From Octopus bimaculoides (taxonomy: Eukaryota): DNA of 52,112 bases. The position numbers and the translations under genes were made by a program. Of this stretch, positions 26,005 to 38,759 are shown in pieces. How positions within the stretch are numbered: the stretch's first letter is position 1; the number at the start of each line of letters is the position of its first letter. The notes beneath the pieces are model-generated. The model had not been told where the DNA came from, searched no databases, and saw nothing but the letters and a program-made list of their open reading frames with translations. The DNA is taken from the NCBI RefSeq assembly GCF_001194135.2, contig NC_068981.1:13473699-13525810 (forward strand). Reading direction: 5' to 3'.

Positions 26005-26428
26005 GCTACTTCTGTAAGAAAAAAAAAGATAACACTGAGTGCAAAAGAAATTAATTATGTGAAAGGACCATGGACTGTCAACGAACGTGTAGTACAAAAT
26101 GTGTTTAGATGTTATAAGGAAAGTGACGCCAGCCTCGAATACAAACTAAGGTCAGCAAGGTCTATTCAAGAAGATGAGGCCTTGCATGGAATGGTTTGAA
26201 CAACGGGCGAGCTCAAGCACTCATACTCAAACTTGGTCGTTCACAAAGAACCCTCAATCTAACTTCCGTAACGTCGATCTTGGTAACAGAGGCTGTTGAG
26301 TGGTTCCTTCTGAAATGACCAATGAACAGGCTCGACGATGCATGAACCTTTGCAAACAATTGATGGCAAATCCTCGCGAGACTCGTTTTTGGTGTCAAAA
26401 TGTAACTGAGGATGAAAACTGGTTCTAA
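26005..26428 (+). mobile_element. mariner transposase N-terminal pseudogene fragment
   Basis: AKEINYVKGPWTVNERVVQNVFRCYKESDASLEYKLRSAR (HTH / GD.SLED.PRSGR-like), then (W)VPSEMTNEQARRCMNLC...FWCQNVTEDENW (WVPHEL and IVTGDEKW motifs). Confidence 0.85.
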
Positions 26429-27334
26429 GGGGCTGAAATTGTTGGCTCAGCTTGCGTGCAGTCCAGTCCTTGCACTATCAGATTAACACCTCTTCGCAGC
26501 CATTGCTCATTTCTTGCACAGGCAGTAGATCAACAACTGGGATGAGATCACAGGCGTGTGCAGGGAATTTTTTGCCTCTAAACCAGCCAAATGATATAAG
26601 CGTAGAATTGAGCTTGTGCTATAACGATGGCACCAGAGAATAGAATATGATGGGATGTATGTTGAGAAATAAACGTTTTTTATGTGCCATTTGTTGGAAC
26701 TATGAATTACAGTCTGAAATGAGAAGAAAACGTCTGTCTGAGACTAGTACATGTGTACGAAAATAGCCACAACTAGACACACACACAAGTTTATATTTAT
26801 AGAAATTTAGTTAAAGTGTCATATTTTCCGCATTAACCATGCAGTAATCTCATTAATTATGTTGATAATACATCTGGGATGACTTCTTTCGTTAGTACAA
26901 CTGTACAAAACAGCAATCATATGTTGGGACGGTTTCAATCTGTTCTCGCCTTTGTAACAAACGTATGGAAATCAATACCATTGATATGTAAGAACCGACA
27001 TATTATGTTCACACTACATTATCTTTGTGAAAATATTTATTCTCTTGATAGTGTTCGATTTCTAAACGTCTGTTGAATCAGATGTTTCAGTGATGTGGAA
27101 TAATTAATCATGCAAATATGGTAATTATTCATATATTTAATGCTTTGCTTGCATACGTATCACTATAAAATTCGCAAAACCCACTCCTGCGGCAAAATTA
27201 CTGCTGAAAGATGATAATTTTAGACTGGAATACGGTTGACCGCATATATTTACATATTTCCGAACATCTGTTTAATAACATACATACATAAATAGTGTCT
27301 CTTCTGTTGAATACAAAGTATAAAAATTACTATA

Positions 27335-27369
27335 CTGATGACGCTTATTGAAGCAGAAACACATGTGTA
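27335..27369 (+). ncRNA. Hammerhead-like motif with intact core but no clear stem I
   Basis: CTGATGA-C GCTT attg AAGC A-GAAA, then the 10-bp palindrome ACACATGTGT and a GUA site. Confidence 0.45.
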
Positions 27370-27809
27370 CAACTGTCCTCTTGCTTGCAGTCAGAGAGTA
27401 TTTTCCTTAATGGGATTACGTGCGTTTTTTTTTTATTATTTGGAGTCGGTGACTGTTGTTACTGTCCATGAATTTATTCTTCTGAGGAACGTAAGATAAG
27501 TTCCTTAGACCAAGACCTGAGACAGTATTTCATACATCTTTATTAATCACTCTGCTTAATTACTGCTAGTTAGTTTACATTCTGTAAAATATATATATGA
27601 ACATTTATATATGCATAATGTCTGTGTATACATGTGTGTACGTATATACAAATACCTACTCTCACACAGATGCGTGTGTGTGTGAAATACTTATACACGG
27701 ATGCTCAAGATCAGTGTACCTTAATTTTTGAAGTTAGCTTATCATTAATATGTAGACAAGCAGATAAGATTACAACTATTAGCTTAAACCGACTTGTGCA
27801 GGTAAATAG

Positions 27810-27858
27810 ACAGATAGATAGATACATAGATTGATAGATAGATAGATAGATAGATAGC

Positions 27859-27917
<59 letters not shown>

Positions 27918-27940
27918 TTAGATAGATACGTAGGTAGATG

Positions 27941-27974
<34 letters not shown>

Positions 27975-27990
27975 AGATAGATAGATAGAT
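27810..27990. repeat. (GATA)n microsatellite
   Basis: Direct inspection. Similar arrays lie at about 38315-38370 and 51890-52030. Confidence 0.95.
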
Positions 27991-28000
27991 NNNNNNNNNN

Positions 28001-28066
28001 ACCGATGGTGGTGCTCCAGCATGGCCGCACTCAAATAACTGAAACAAGTAAAAGAGTAAAAGAGTA
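28001..28066 (+). mobile_element. SINE family B 3' end
   Basis: ggtgctccagcatggccgcactcaaataactgaaacaagtaaaagagtaaaagagta. Confidence 0.9.
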
Positions 28067-28068
28067 TA

Positions 28069-28111
<43 letters not shown>

Positions 28112-28177
28112 AGGTTGAAAAGAAACGCACGAGTTGATATATATATAGAGAAAAGTCATAGTAGAAAATGGTAAAAT

Positions 28178-28539
28178 AATTTTATAAAAACATTTCAGTA
28201 CCGGTTTCAATCATTGAGACTTTTTCGACAGTAAGTATGGAAAACAATTAAATTTTGGAAACATTAAGAGAAAAGTTTTTTTTTAAAGAATATTTGCATA
28301 GTATTCAAATACAAGGGGCACTTTCCTTGTTTCTGCCTCTCTCCTCTAACCCACAACAGTAAACAAGAGAGACAGAAACAGGCAGAAACAAAGAAAATGC
28401 CCCTTGTATTTGAATACTAAGCAAATATTCTTTAAAAAATTTTTTCTTTTAATTTTTCCCAAATTTAAATGGGTTTCATACTTACTGTTGAAAAAGTTTC
28501 AATGACTGAAACCGGTACTGAAAAATTTTGTATAAAATT
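28178..28539. repeat. Long near-perfect inverted repeat (arms of about 165 bp, spacer of about 20 bp)
   Basis: cagtaccggtttcaatcattgagactttttcgacagtaagtatg...aaatacaaggggcactttccttgtttctgcct is mirrored at 28367-28539. Confidence 0.92.
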
Positions 28540-29081
28540 AATTTAGCATTTTTCTACCTTGACTTTTATTCNNNNNNNNNNNNNNNNNNNNNNNNNNNNN
28601 NNNNNNNNNNNNNNNNNNNNNNNNNNNNNNNNNNNNNNNNNNNNNNNNNNNNNNNNNNNNNNNNNNNNNNNNNNNNNNNNNNNNNNNNNNNNNNNNNNNN
28701 NNNNNNNNNNNNNNNNNNNNNNNNNNNNNNNNNNNNNNNNNNNNNNNNNNNNNNNNNNNNNNNNNNNNNNNNNNNNNNNNNNNNNNNNNNNNNNNNNNNN
28801 NNNNNNNNNNNNNNNNNNNNNNNNNNNNNNNNNNNNNNNNNNNNNNNNNNNNNNNNNNNNNNNNNNNNNNNNNNNNNNNNNNNNNNNNNNNNNNNNNNNN
28901 NNNNNNNNNNNNNNNNNNNNNNNNNNNNNNNNNNNNNNNNNNNNNNNNNNNNNNNNNNNNNNNNNNNNNNNNNNNNNNNNNNNNNNNNNNNNNNNNNNNN
29001 NNNNNNNNNNNNNNNNNNNNNNNNNNNNNNNNNNNNNNNNNNNNNNNNNNNGTATATATATATATATGTATATATGTATAA

Positions 29082-29127
<46 letters not shown>

Positions 29128-29570
29128 GTATAAAGAATCACACAGATATAATACAACTTCCATTAATGTATTCTAAACCATAACCTCTTCACATGTAACA
29201 ACTAACATCATTACTGCCATTATATTTTTTCCAGTTCAAATACTCTTCATAATACACGCAAATTAATAATAGCCCTGAGAATTATCGAGATCAATGGCAG
29301 GCCTATTGCATAAGTAAGGCAGCTAGCATGAAATCGTGACCAATTTTTTACGTAAGTTAATCTCTCACCCAAATAACTCTGCTATATAGGCTTGATATTC
29401 TACCAATAAATAATTAACTCCATTAATTAATGCCCTTGGCAAAGGCATAATTGTGTAGGAAACACACATTGTATGTTATTTCGTACACAGGCATTGATAA
29501 GAGGTAGTACACACACACACATACGCATATACACACATATACACGTATATACACAGACATATATATGTAC

Positions 29571-29606
<36 letters not shown>

Positions 29607-29721
29607 CTGTAAATATATATATGCTAGCAGAGANNNNNNNNNNGTGTGTGTCTGTAAATATATATATGCTAGCAGAGATATCCGGCCTTGCTCGGGATTA
29701 AAATGGCATAGATTTTTATTG

Positions 29722-29768
29722 CTTTACTTGTTTCTGTCATGCGACTGCGGGCATGGTGGAGCACTGTC
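29722..29768 (-). mobile_element. SINE family B tail fragment
   Basis: tttacttgtttctgtcatgcgactgcgggcatggtggagcactg. Confidence 0.7.
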
Positions 29769-30947
29769 GTGCAATGACTAACGAAAATAGTGTAATAACG
29801 GAGCATATAAGCCCTCGACAAAAAACAAGGCTTTCCCATCCCCGTGAGACGTGAATCCACATCCTTTTGTTAACATGCCTATGTATGTTACCTTCACACA
29901 CGGTTAGGAAAGCCTAGTTTTTTTCTGTCAAGTGCTTATATGCCTCGTTATTAGACTATTTTCCTGAATCATTGCACGGTTAACGCCATAAACTTTAAGC
30001 TTATATAAAAAAAAAAATAACATTATTATTATTCTTTACATAATTGTAAAATACGGCGTCGTGTAACAAAACCATTTGCACCGAAAGTATATATATATAT
30101 ATATATATGTGTATGTATATAATTCTAAAACATGAACAGTTTCGTAACATTGTTTACAAAATAATAGCTGATCGTTTGCGAAGGCTCGTATGTACAGTGA
30201 ACACTTAGGATTTTTGCTCTGGTAACTGCTGCTCTCTCCCATGTTCAAGCACGACCAGCCGTATCAGAAACGGTCGTTTATATTGTGTATCACTCACTAA
30301 AAAGTCGAAATTGAAAAAAATCTGTTATCTCTCTCCCTCCCTCTACACCGTCGCTAGAAGGGAACTTAACTCATGCTCCGATTTGAAAATTGTTAGAATT
30401 TATGGTTTAAAATTATTTTCAATACAAAAATTCACGTCTTAGGAAGCAATAACAAAATAATAAATGGCCGATTCCGAGCATTTTCGACCATGTGGAATCC
30501 ATTGCTGCGACTCCCTGATTGCTATCTTGTATCTATGTATGTGCATCGCTATGTATATATTCTGCATATTCATGTGCTTGCATGTCCGTGTTTGTGTATT
30601 TTTTTATGTATGTGTGTGTGTGAGCTCGTGTTTGTATTATGTGTGCACCTCTGTCTCCTTGTGTGTGNNNNNNNNNNNNNNNNNNNNNNNNNNNNNNNNN
30701 NNNNNNNNNNNNNNNNNNNNNNNNNNNNNNNNNNNNNNNNNNNNNNNNNNNNNNNNNNNNNNNNNNNNNNNNNNNNNNNNNNNNNNNNNNNNNNNNNNNN
30801 NNNNNNNNNNNNNNNNNNNNNNNNNNNNNNNNNNNNNNNNNNNNNNNNNNNNNNNNNNNNNNNNNNNNNNNNNNNNNNNNNNNNNNNNNNNNNNNNNNNN
30901 NNNNNNNNNNNNNNNNNACATACATACATACATACATACATGCATAG

Positions 30948-30990
<43 letters not shown>

Positions 30991-31250
30991 CTCTGAACCA
31001 TACACATGCGCAAATATTATACAAAACGGAACATAGTGTGAATAACGGACAGAGTCAAGACTATTAAAAAGGTTGCAAGACGCAACGAAGATTTTAGGAA
31101 AACGAAAATAAGGAATAAGTGGAAATTTTACAAGTGAGTGTGTTAAATTATAAGGCACAAAAAGAAAATGACTCTCCCCAGACACAACACTATATATATA
31201 AGCGTAGGCATGCCTGTGTACATATATATATGCATATATATATGTACACA

Positions 31251-31425
31251 TTCATTTGACTGCGGCCATGCTGGAGCAGTGCCTTTAGTCGAACAAATCG
31301 ACCCCAGGACTTATTCTCTGAATGCCTAGTACTTATTCTATCGGTCTCTTTTGCCGAACCACTAAGTTACGGGGACATAAACACACCACCATCGGTTGTC
31401 AAGCGATGTGGGGGGACAAACAGAC
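31251..31425 (-). mobile_element. SINE family B 3' half
   Basis: Colinear with 36103-36306 and with the reverse complement of 48950-49100. Confidence 0.9.
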
Positions 31426-31554
31426 ATTCGAATATATTATCTTCCCTCCTTTCCACCTCTCCTGTCAAACTTTTTTCCCAACCAGTTCCCATCAAGTTGT
31501 CATGCTTGATCGCTAAACCCACACGTTTTTTTTTATTATTCTCTCTGTTTTCTC

Positions 31555-31628
31555 TTATTCCTTTCCGTTAAAGAGCGTATGCCCGAAACATAAAAGGCTT
31601 TCTCACATTCACAAGCATCAAACTAATA
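31555..31628 (+). mobile_element. PLE-like repeat terminus with variant hammerhead-like fold (copy 2)
   Basis: CTTT-CCGTTAAA-GAGC GTAT GCCC-GAAA-CATA-AAAG. Confidence 0.55.
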
Positions 31629-31659
31629 TACCTGTTTGTTGTTCATACATCTGCCTTCG

Positions 31660-31790
31660 TCTTTTGCTAGGACTGGACTGCACGCAAGATGAGCCAACAA
31701 TTTCAGCCCTTCAATTACTTCACGTTTGCCCTTGGTCGCTTTAGCAGCGTGTGCTGGGACATTGTTCTGGTGTAGAAATGTCTTTCTCCA
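31660..31790 (-). mobile_element. Tc1/mariner catalytic-domain remnant
   Basis: FLHQNNVPAHAAKAT...KLLAHLACSPVLA resembles LHQDNAPAH...LL.HPPYSPDLA. Confidence 0.65.
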
Positions 31791-33581
31791 ATATATAAAC
31801 ATACTATGTCTGGGAAAAGTCATTCTCTTTTAGCGCCTTATTAATTTAACACACTCATCCATCTGCTTTCCACTCATTTATTTTTACTAAAACTTTCGTT
31901 GCGTCTTTTCAATAATCGTTCACTCCGTTCGTTATCGGAACTGCGATCTCTTTTTTTTTTCTTTGCATGTGTGTGTGTCAGTGTGCGTACACATACACAT
32001 ATGTATGCATGCATGTATGTATGTGTGTGTATGCATATATATGTGTGTGAGCATATATACGTGTGTGTGTGTGAATATATATATATAAATCTTGCAAACC
32101 AATACAAAAATGAAATCTATAAATATATATATACTCTTATATAGTGATCTCCATAAATTGATGTATCTCCCTCACACACTCACTGTTCCTCTCTCTCTCT
32201 TTCTCTCTCTTTATATANNNNNNNNNNNNNNNNNNNNNNNNNNNNNNNNNNNNNNNNNNNNNNNNNNNNNNNNNNNNNNNNNNNNNNNNNNNNNNNNNNN
32301 NNNNNNNNNNNNNNNNNNNNNNNNNNNNNNNNNNNNNNNNNNNNNNNNNNNNNNNNNNNNNNNNNNNNNNNNNNNNNNNNNNNNNNNNNNNNNNNNNNNN
32401 NNNNNNNNNNNNNNNNNNNNNNNNNNNNNNNNNNNNNNNNNNNNNNNNNNNNNNNNNNNNNNNNNNNNNNNNNNNNNNNNNNNNNNNNNNNNNNNNNNNN
32501 NNNNNNNNNNNNNNNNNNNNNNNNNNNNNNNNNNNNNNNNNNNNNNNNNNNNNNNNNNNNNNNNNNNNNNNNNNNNNNNNNNNNNNNNNNNNNNNNNNNN
32601 NNNNNNNNNNNNNNNNNNNNNNNNNNNNNNNNNNNNNNNNNNNNNNNNNNNNNNNNNNNNNNNNNNNNNNNNNNNNNNNNNNNNNNNNNNNNNNNNNNNN
32701 NNNNNNNNNNNNNNNNNNNNNNNNNNNNNNNNNNNNNNNNNNNNNNNNNNNNNNNNNNNNNNNNNNNNNNNNNNNNNNNNNNNNNNNNNNNNNNNNNNNN
32801 NNNNNNNNNNNNNNNNNNNNNNNNNNNNNNNNNNNNNNNNNNNNNNNNNNNNNNNNNNNNNNNNNNNNNNNNNNNNNNNNNNNNNNNNNNNNNNNNNNNN
32901 NNNNNNNNNNNNNNNNNNNNNNNNNNNNNNNNNNNNNNNNNNNNTATATATATATATATATTCATACACACACATATATATACATGTGTGTGAGTTTGTA
33001 TGTGAGTATGTGTGTGCGTGTTTGTGTATCTGTGTCTCTGTGTGTGCACGCGCGCGTGTCTGTCTTTGTGTGTATTATATGTGTATCCATTTATACAAAT
33101 TAAACTCAGCTGCTTAAGCTCTGATTAGTGATAAAATACGACACTGCCAAATTAATGTTATCATACATATATACAACCACAAACACGCATGCACACACAT
33201 ACATACATACATGAATTTATATACAAAAGCATATCCATATATATGTATGTATGTATATGTATATAAATCCATGTATATATGTATATATGTGTCTATCCGT
33301 GTGTGTGGTTGTAGACATGTATGGTTGTATATATATANNNNNNNNNNNNNNNNNNNNNNNNNNNNNNNNNNNNNNNNNNNNNNNNNNNNNNNNNNNNNNN
33401 NNNNNNNNNNNNNNNNNNNNNNNNNNNNNNNNNNNNNNNNNNNNNNNNNNNNNNNNNNNNNNNNNNNNNNNNNNNNNNNNNNNNNNNNNNNNNNNNNNNN
33501 NNNNNNNNNNNNNNNNNNNNNNNNNNNNNNNNNNNNNNNNNNNNNNNNNNNNNNNNNNNNNNNNNNNNNNNNNNNNNNNNN

Positions 33582-33640
<59 letters not shown>

Positions 33641-34816
33641 AATATAGATATAACTTTAAAGAGCGAATTGTGTGCTAGTATGATTGATGTAGCAGGCAAA
33701 CCGGTATTAATTAATAATAATTAAATATCAGTGATGAAAATAATCATTATCTAAATTAATTGTCCAAAATATACAAGAGAGACAGCCATGAAATTTTAAT
33801 TAATGAAAATTAATTAAATATGGGAAGAAGCCAGGAACAAATCTGATCTTTAACAGGCCAGTGACAACATCGGATATATTTCTAGGTTTTTGGGTTTCGG
33901 CAGCCAAGCGTTTCTCAAGTGTAATTACAAGATCTCAAATTGACAATGGAACATTAATATTTTGTAGGCGTGAACGTCTCTACTCTAAAGATTTGTGTTC
34001 GAACCCCCTCTGAAGCATTTTCGTCCCAGGTGCCTCTATCCCTACTTTCGCCAATGTTGTTTCCAACCTTTCATGTTTCGAAATAATCCCTACACACCTT
34101 CATTCGTTTGTAGATGGATTTTCTAGAATTCCTTCTGTGCTCATGTCTTCTCAGAGATGTTTACCAACAGATGTTCGACGGGAACATTAATTTCATGAAT
34201 TTAAAACCAGTATTGAAAACCATGGATACTGCTCCAACCTGCGGACACAAAAACAAACAGACACATACTCCCCCCACAACACACACACATACGCAAACAC
34301 ACACACTTAAATAAAGCACTTCATTTTACACAATTCTCGTCTACTCAGTTGAAAATGAACTCCAGCTGAGTTCTGGTGTAGCCCTGTACTCCCTCCAACA
34401 GTCACAGTCCGAAACTATCATTGGATCACGTGTTGAAAGGTCACGTGTTGAGGCTCTCTCTATGTTCTTTCGATGACATAAGCAACTAAATTAGTGAAAG
34501 AATGTGTACAAGAAGGGCCGAATTGCGACTCATGGAGCTCTTAAACACTTAAAAGATTTTGGTGCCCATATATATATATATATTTCAAAATACAAGCATA
34601 ATAAATCATAAATTCTTTTTTTTTCCATTTTACAAACTGCAACAATACAAACAGTAAGATGGAGACTAATCTACTTATATTTGAACATTTTCTCCTACTT
34701 TCTTCGATTGCAAACTCTTTGATTCCATCCTCACTATGACACTATGAGCTTTTCGAAATTACACTTCTAACCATATATACTTCGAATATTATTTTAGTAA
34801 TTTTAAAGTGATTTCT

Positions 34817-35046
34817 TATTTCTTTATTGCCCACAAGGGGCTAAACATAGAGGGGACAAACAAGAACAGACAAATGGATTAAGTCGATTACATCGACCCA
34901 GTACGTAACTGGTACTTAATTTATCGACCCCGAAAGGATGAAAGGCAAAGTCGACCTCGGCGGAATTTGAACTCAGAACGTAAAGACAGACGAAATACCG
35001 CTAAGTATTTCACCCGGCGTGCTAACGTTTCTGCCAGCTCGCCGCC
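34817..35046 (-). mobile_element. Full-length, young tRNA-derived SINE family A with 14-bp TSD
   Basis: Minus strand: head ggcggcgagctggcagaaacgttagc, B-box-like gagttcaaattcc, tail aaagaaataag. TSD ttaaagtgatttct at 34803-34816 and 35047-35060. Confidence 0.93.
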
Positions 35047-35579
35047 TTAAAGTGATTTCTGTTGCTCTAGTGCTCCACTTTTTTTCTTGATGCCCTGAGC
35101 ATATGCTTAATTTGTTTAATGGTTAATCCAGCGCTAGTTACAAGCTACCGAGTGTTACTCGCTGTGAGTGACTGCAATGGTTCTGTTTCATATATCAAAC
35201 ATATTCAAGGGTTTCGTAGCAATATATCATTGTATTATTACTATGTTGTCTCAGGCTTCAAATCTGAATGTCGGCTAACTCCAGCCTAATTAATTTTATA
35301 GCAGACTTATTAAGCCAGACATTCAATTTTAATAAAGGTATTATCAATGAATGCATATGGTTAATTTACATCACATTTAGCATACATCAGGAAAATATAC
35401 AGATGTTTTATATTGTAATGAGGAACTTTTTAGCAGACATTTCAAGACATCTTGATGCAAATATCAACAGCTATTTGGAACTGAGAGTTCAACGTTTACA
35501 AAATTGTTTAATTTGGCTTCGAGCTTTTCAAAGCTATATTACATCTACGAACAGATTACATATGTATTTGTTTGTTTGT

Positions 35580-35735
35580 TTTGTGTGTGCTTATGTGTCT
35601 GTGTGTCTGTATGTGTGTGTGCCTGTGTGTGTACGTGTGTGTTTACATGTGTGTGTGCATGTGTGTGTGCATGTGTGTGTGCCTGTGTGTGTACGCGTGT
35701 GTGTATGTGTATGCGTGTGTCTGTGTGTGTGTGCA
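35580..35735. repeat. Degenerate (GT)n-based minisatellite
   Basis: Direct inspection. Confidence 0.85.
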
Positions 35736-36102
35736 GAACTTGAGAACATTAATATTGCAAAATTATTTACCTCCAGTATATGTAGATGCATTTTCTATTA
35801 TTCTGCAAACAATAAATCTATACACCCACGGTGACTTAGTCTTGTTAGAAAATCACAAAAGAGCAAAATCAAGAATCGAATCGAGGCAGGAAGTACAAAT
35901 CACAATAAATTAAGGTTCGTATTGTGGATTGATGATATAGTGAGAAACCGCATTAAAAAAGGACCAAAAATCTTTATGAAAATACAATTGATTTTTTTAT
36001 GTTACCGGTTATTCTAAACTTTAAAATAATATTTAATTTAGTAAGAGTAACATAAACTGAAAATATTTTTTATTCACCTTCCTCCATTTACATTAGACCA
36101 GT

Positions 36103-36306
36103 TACTCTTTTACTCTTTTACTTGTTTCTGTCATTTGACTGCAGCCATGCTGGAGCACCGCCTTTAGTCGAGCAAATCGACCCGAGGACTTATTCTTTGT
36201 AAGCCTAGTACTTATTGTATCGGGCCTTTTTACCGAACCGCTAATTTACGGGGAACGTAAACACACCAGCATCGGTTGTCAAGCGATGTTGGGGGGACAA
36301 ACAGAG
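36103..36306 (-). mobile_element. SINE family B 3' half ending at a 10-N gap
   Basis: tactcttttactcttttacttgtttctgtcatttgactgcagccatgctggagcacc...ggggggacaaacag. Confidence 0.92.
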
Positions 36307-36811
36307 NNNNNNNNNNAAGTGTAAGTGAATTTGTGGTTAATGAAATATGGATGCACAACCGAGCAAAGACATTCGTTTACATTCCATTAACGAAATTAAA
36401 AGCCACACACGAAGCATGTCGAGAAAATTACAGTATTTGTGAAAGTCAGTGTGCACAATGTTAGTATTGCTATGGCTTACAATTAACATCCAAATATTTA
36501 CAAAATAATTCAACTGAGATTAAAAGAAATACATAATATAATCAAATCCGTTTAATTTAAGTAAAGAAGGAAACGGATCTTTGTAAATGTTTCTGTATAT
36601 GCAGACTAAAGCTTCATTAATCCTATAACAAGTAGCCATCGTACAGCATTGGCATCAGAAGAACGTCTATTGTCAGAATGACACAAACTCGAAAAGTCCT
36701 CTGTTCAAATGGTAAAATTTGAGCGTGGTTTCGCCTCGTAAACTTTCGCCATAAATCTCTTTGCGTATGCAGATATTACATAACATTTATTACTGTTTAT
36801 ATGATAAATAA

Positions 36812-37023
36812 GGTGGCGAGTTGGGAGAGTCGTTCACACGCCGGGCAAAATGCTTAACGGTGTTGCCTCGGTCTTTACTTTCTGAAATCATCTTCTGCCG
36901 AGGTCGGCTTTGTCTTTTATCCTTTCGGGGTCAATAAAAGAAGTACCATTTGAGCACTGGGATCGTTGCAATTGACCTATACCCTCCCTTGAAATGTCTG
37001 GCCCTGCGCCAAAGTTTGAAACC
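36812..37023 (+). mobile_element. SINE family A, diverged, with type 2-like tail
   Basis: ggtggcgagttgggagagtcgtt...tcctttcggggtcaataaa...aaatgtctggccctgcgcc. Confidence 0.85.
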
Positions 37024-37115
37024 AGTATGATAAATAAATCTATTTAGGTAATATTCTTCACATATATTAAATAGATGGAAAGATGTTCTTATACAATTTC
37101 CCTATATTTGTATGG

Positions 37116-37547
37116 TGGAGGCGCAATGGCCCAGTGGTTAGGGCAGTGGACTTGCGGTCGTAGGATCGCGGTTTCGATTCCAAGACCGGGCGTTGTGAGT
37201 GTTTATTGAGCAAAAACANNNNNNNNNNGACCGGGCGTTGTGAGTGTTTATTGAGCAAAAACACTTAAAGCTCCACGAGGCTCCTGCAAGGGATGGTGGC
37301 GAACCCTGTTGTACTCTTTCGCCACAAATTTCTCTCACTCTATCTTCCTGTTTCTGCTGTACCGGTATTTCAAAGGACCAGCCTTGTCACACTCTGTGTC
37401 ACGCTGAATCTCCCCCGAGAACTACGTTAAGGGTACAGGTGTCTGTGGAGTGCTCAGCCACTTGCACGTTAATTTCACTAGCAGGCTGTTCCGTTAATCG
37501 GATCAACTGGGACCCTCGTCGTCGTAACCGACGGAGTGCCAACCACC
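37116..37547 (+). mobile_element. Full-length tRNA-derived SINE family D with 12-bp TSD
   Basis: A box TGGCCCAGTGG at 37127-37137 and B box GTTTCGATTCC at 37171-37181. TSD atatttgtatgg at 37104-37115 and 37548-37559. An artefactual duplication surrounds the 10-N gap. Confidence 0.9.
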
Positions 37548-38315
37548 ATATTTGTATGGCTGATGAGTACAACAAAACAGTTTTCTCGACACCACTCTAT
37601 ATAACAGTGCCGTCTCCATATAAGACTGTACTGATTCTTCTTATTTACACTATTATTAGTAGATTTTAAATATCTAAGGTAGTTAATTAAGCCATCGATA
37701 TGTAATAAATCAAACTGAAATGCTACCAATAGACACTTCTTCAATATTTATAACAACTAACATTGAAATATTGCGACTATTTACGTTAGTTTCTGCTCTT
37801 CATTTTCTGTCTTTGAAAGTCGTTAATCTTTGTATGTTGGGAAATAATCATATTTCTATTGAATTCTTCGTTCAAAAGGTCAAACTTGTATTTCTTTGAT
37901 AATGATCTAGACGTCATACATGCATAATTATATTATAATTCTCTGGTGGGTTTCATTTTTAAAATTACTGATCAGTCAAAATATAAATTAGACATGAAGT
38001 TACTATGTGGAATATAATATATTCAAATATTAGATATTCTTGAGGACATTGGTTTGTATTTGCAATCTGATTTTGGATGAGAGAAATATTTCACTGTTTA
38101 CTTTTATGTGAAGATTTATATGCCAACGGGAGTGTTCGCGTGTGTTTGTATGAAAGAAGCCATATAATGTGGCCCAAATTCCGATGCCACATAGCTCTAA
38201 TCCTTGCTTTCATCACAGCTTTCTCAACTTTCTCCTTGTATTCGAACTTTGTTAAAAAATCTATTTATATGCGAGTGCATATTCGCACATATACACACAT
38301 ATATATAGATAAATG

Positions 38316-38371
<56 letters not shown>

Positions 38372-38410
38372 CGTCTACATATATGTGTGTGTGTGGCGTG
38401 TGTGTGTACA

Positions 38411-38442
<32 letters not shown>

Positions 38443-38589
38443 NNNNNNNNNNNNNNNNNNNNNNNNNNNNNNNNNNNNNNNNNNNNNNNNNNNNNNNNNN
38501 NNNNNNNNNNNNNNNNNNNNNNNNNNNNNNNNNNNNNNNNNNNNNNNNNNNNNNNNNNNNNNNNNNNNNNNNGTGTAGAAAACAAATAG

Positions 38590-38660
38590 ATGTATTAGTA
38601 TAACGCTCGGGAATTGAAAAAGTCTTTAACGTTCGAGCCTACGCTCTTCCACAGAAAGGA
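38590..38660 (-). mobile_element. PLE-like repeat terminus with variant hammerhead-like fold (copy 3, best preserved)
   Basis: Minus 38658-38624: CTTT-CTGTGGAA-GAGC GTAG GCTC-GAA-CGTT-AAAG. Confidence 0.6.
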
Positions 38661-38713
38661 ACATCGAAAGAAACGAGGAGAGAAAAAAATATGTGTAGTG
38701 GTTAGCGATCTAT

Positions 38714-38759
<46 letters not shown>

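Noticed and set aside
25971-26013. Exon candidate (ttcacag...|gtaaga)
   Set aside because: It overlaps the start of the mariner remnant, has two open frames, and has no supporting neighbours.
29600-29680. Tandem duplications around 10-N gaps (also 37185-37265)
   Set aside because: Identical flanks on both sides of a fixed 10-N spacer indicate unmerged contig overlap.
37117-37190. tRNA gene
   Set aside because: A and B boxes are present, but there is no clean cloverleaf and the sequence continues into a 430-bp body with TSDs, so it is a SINE head.
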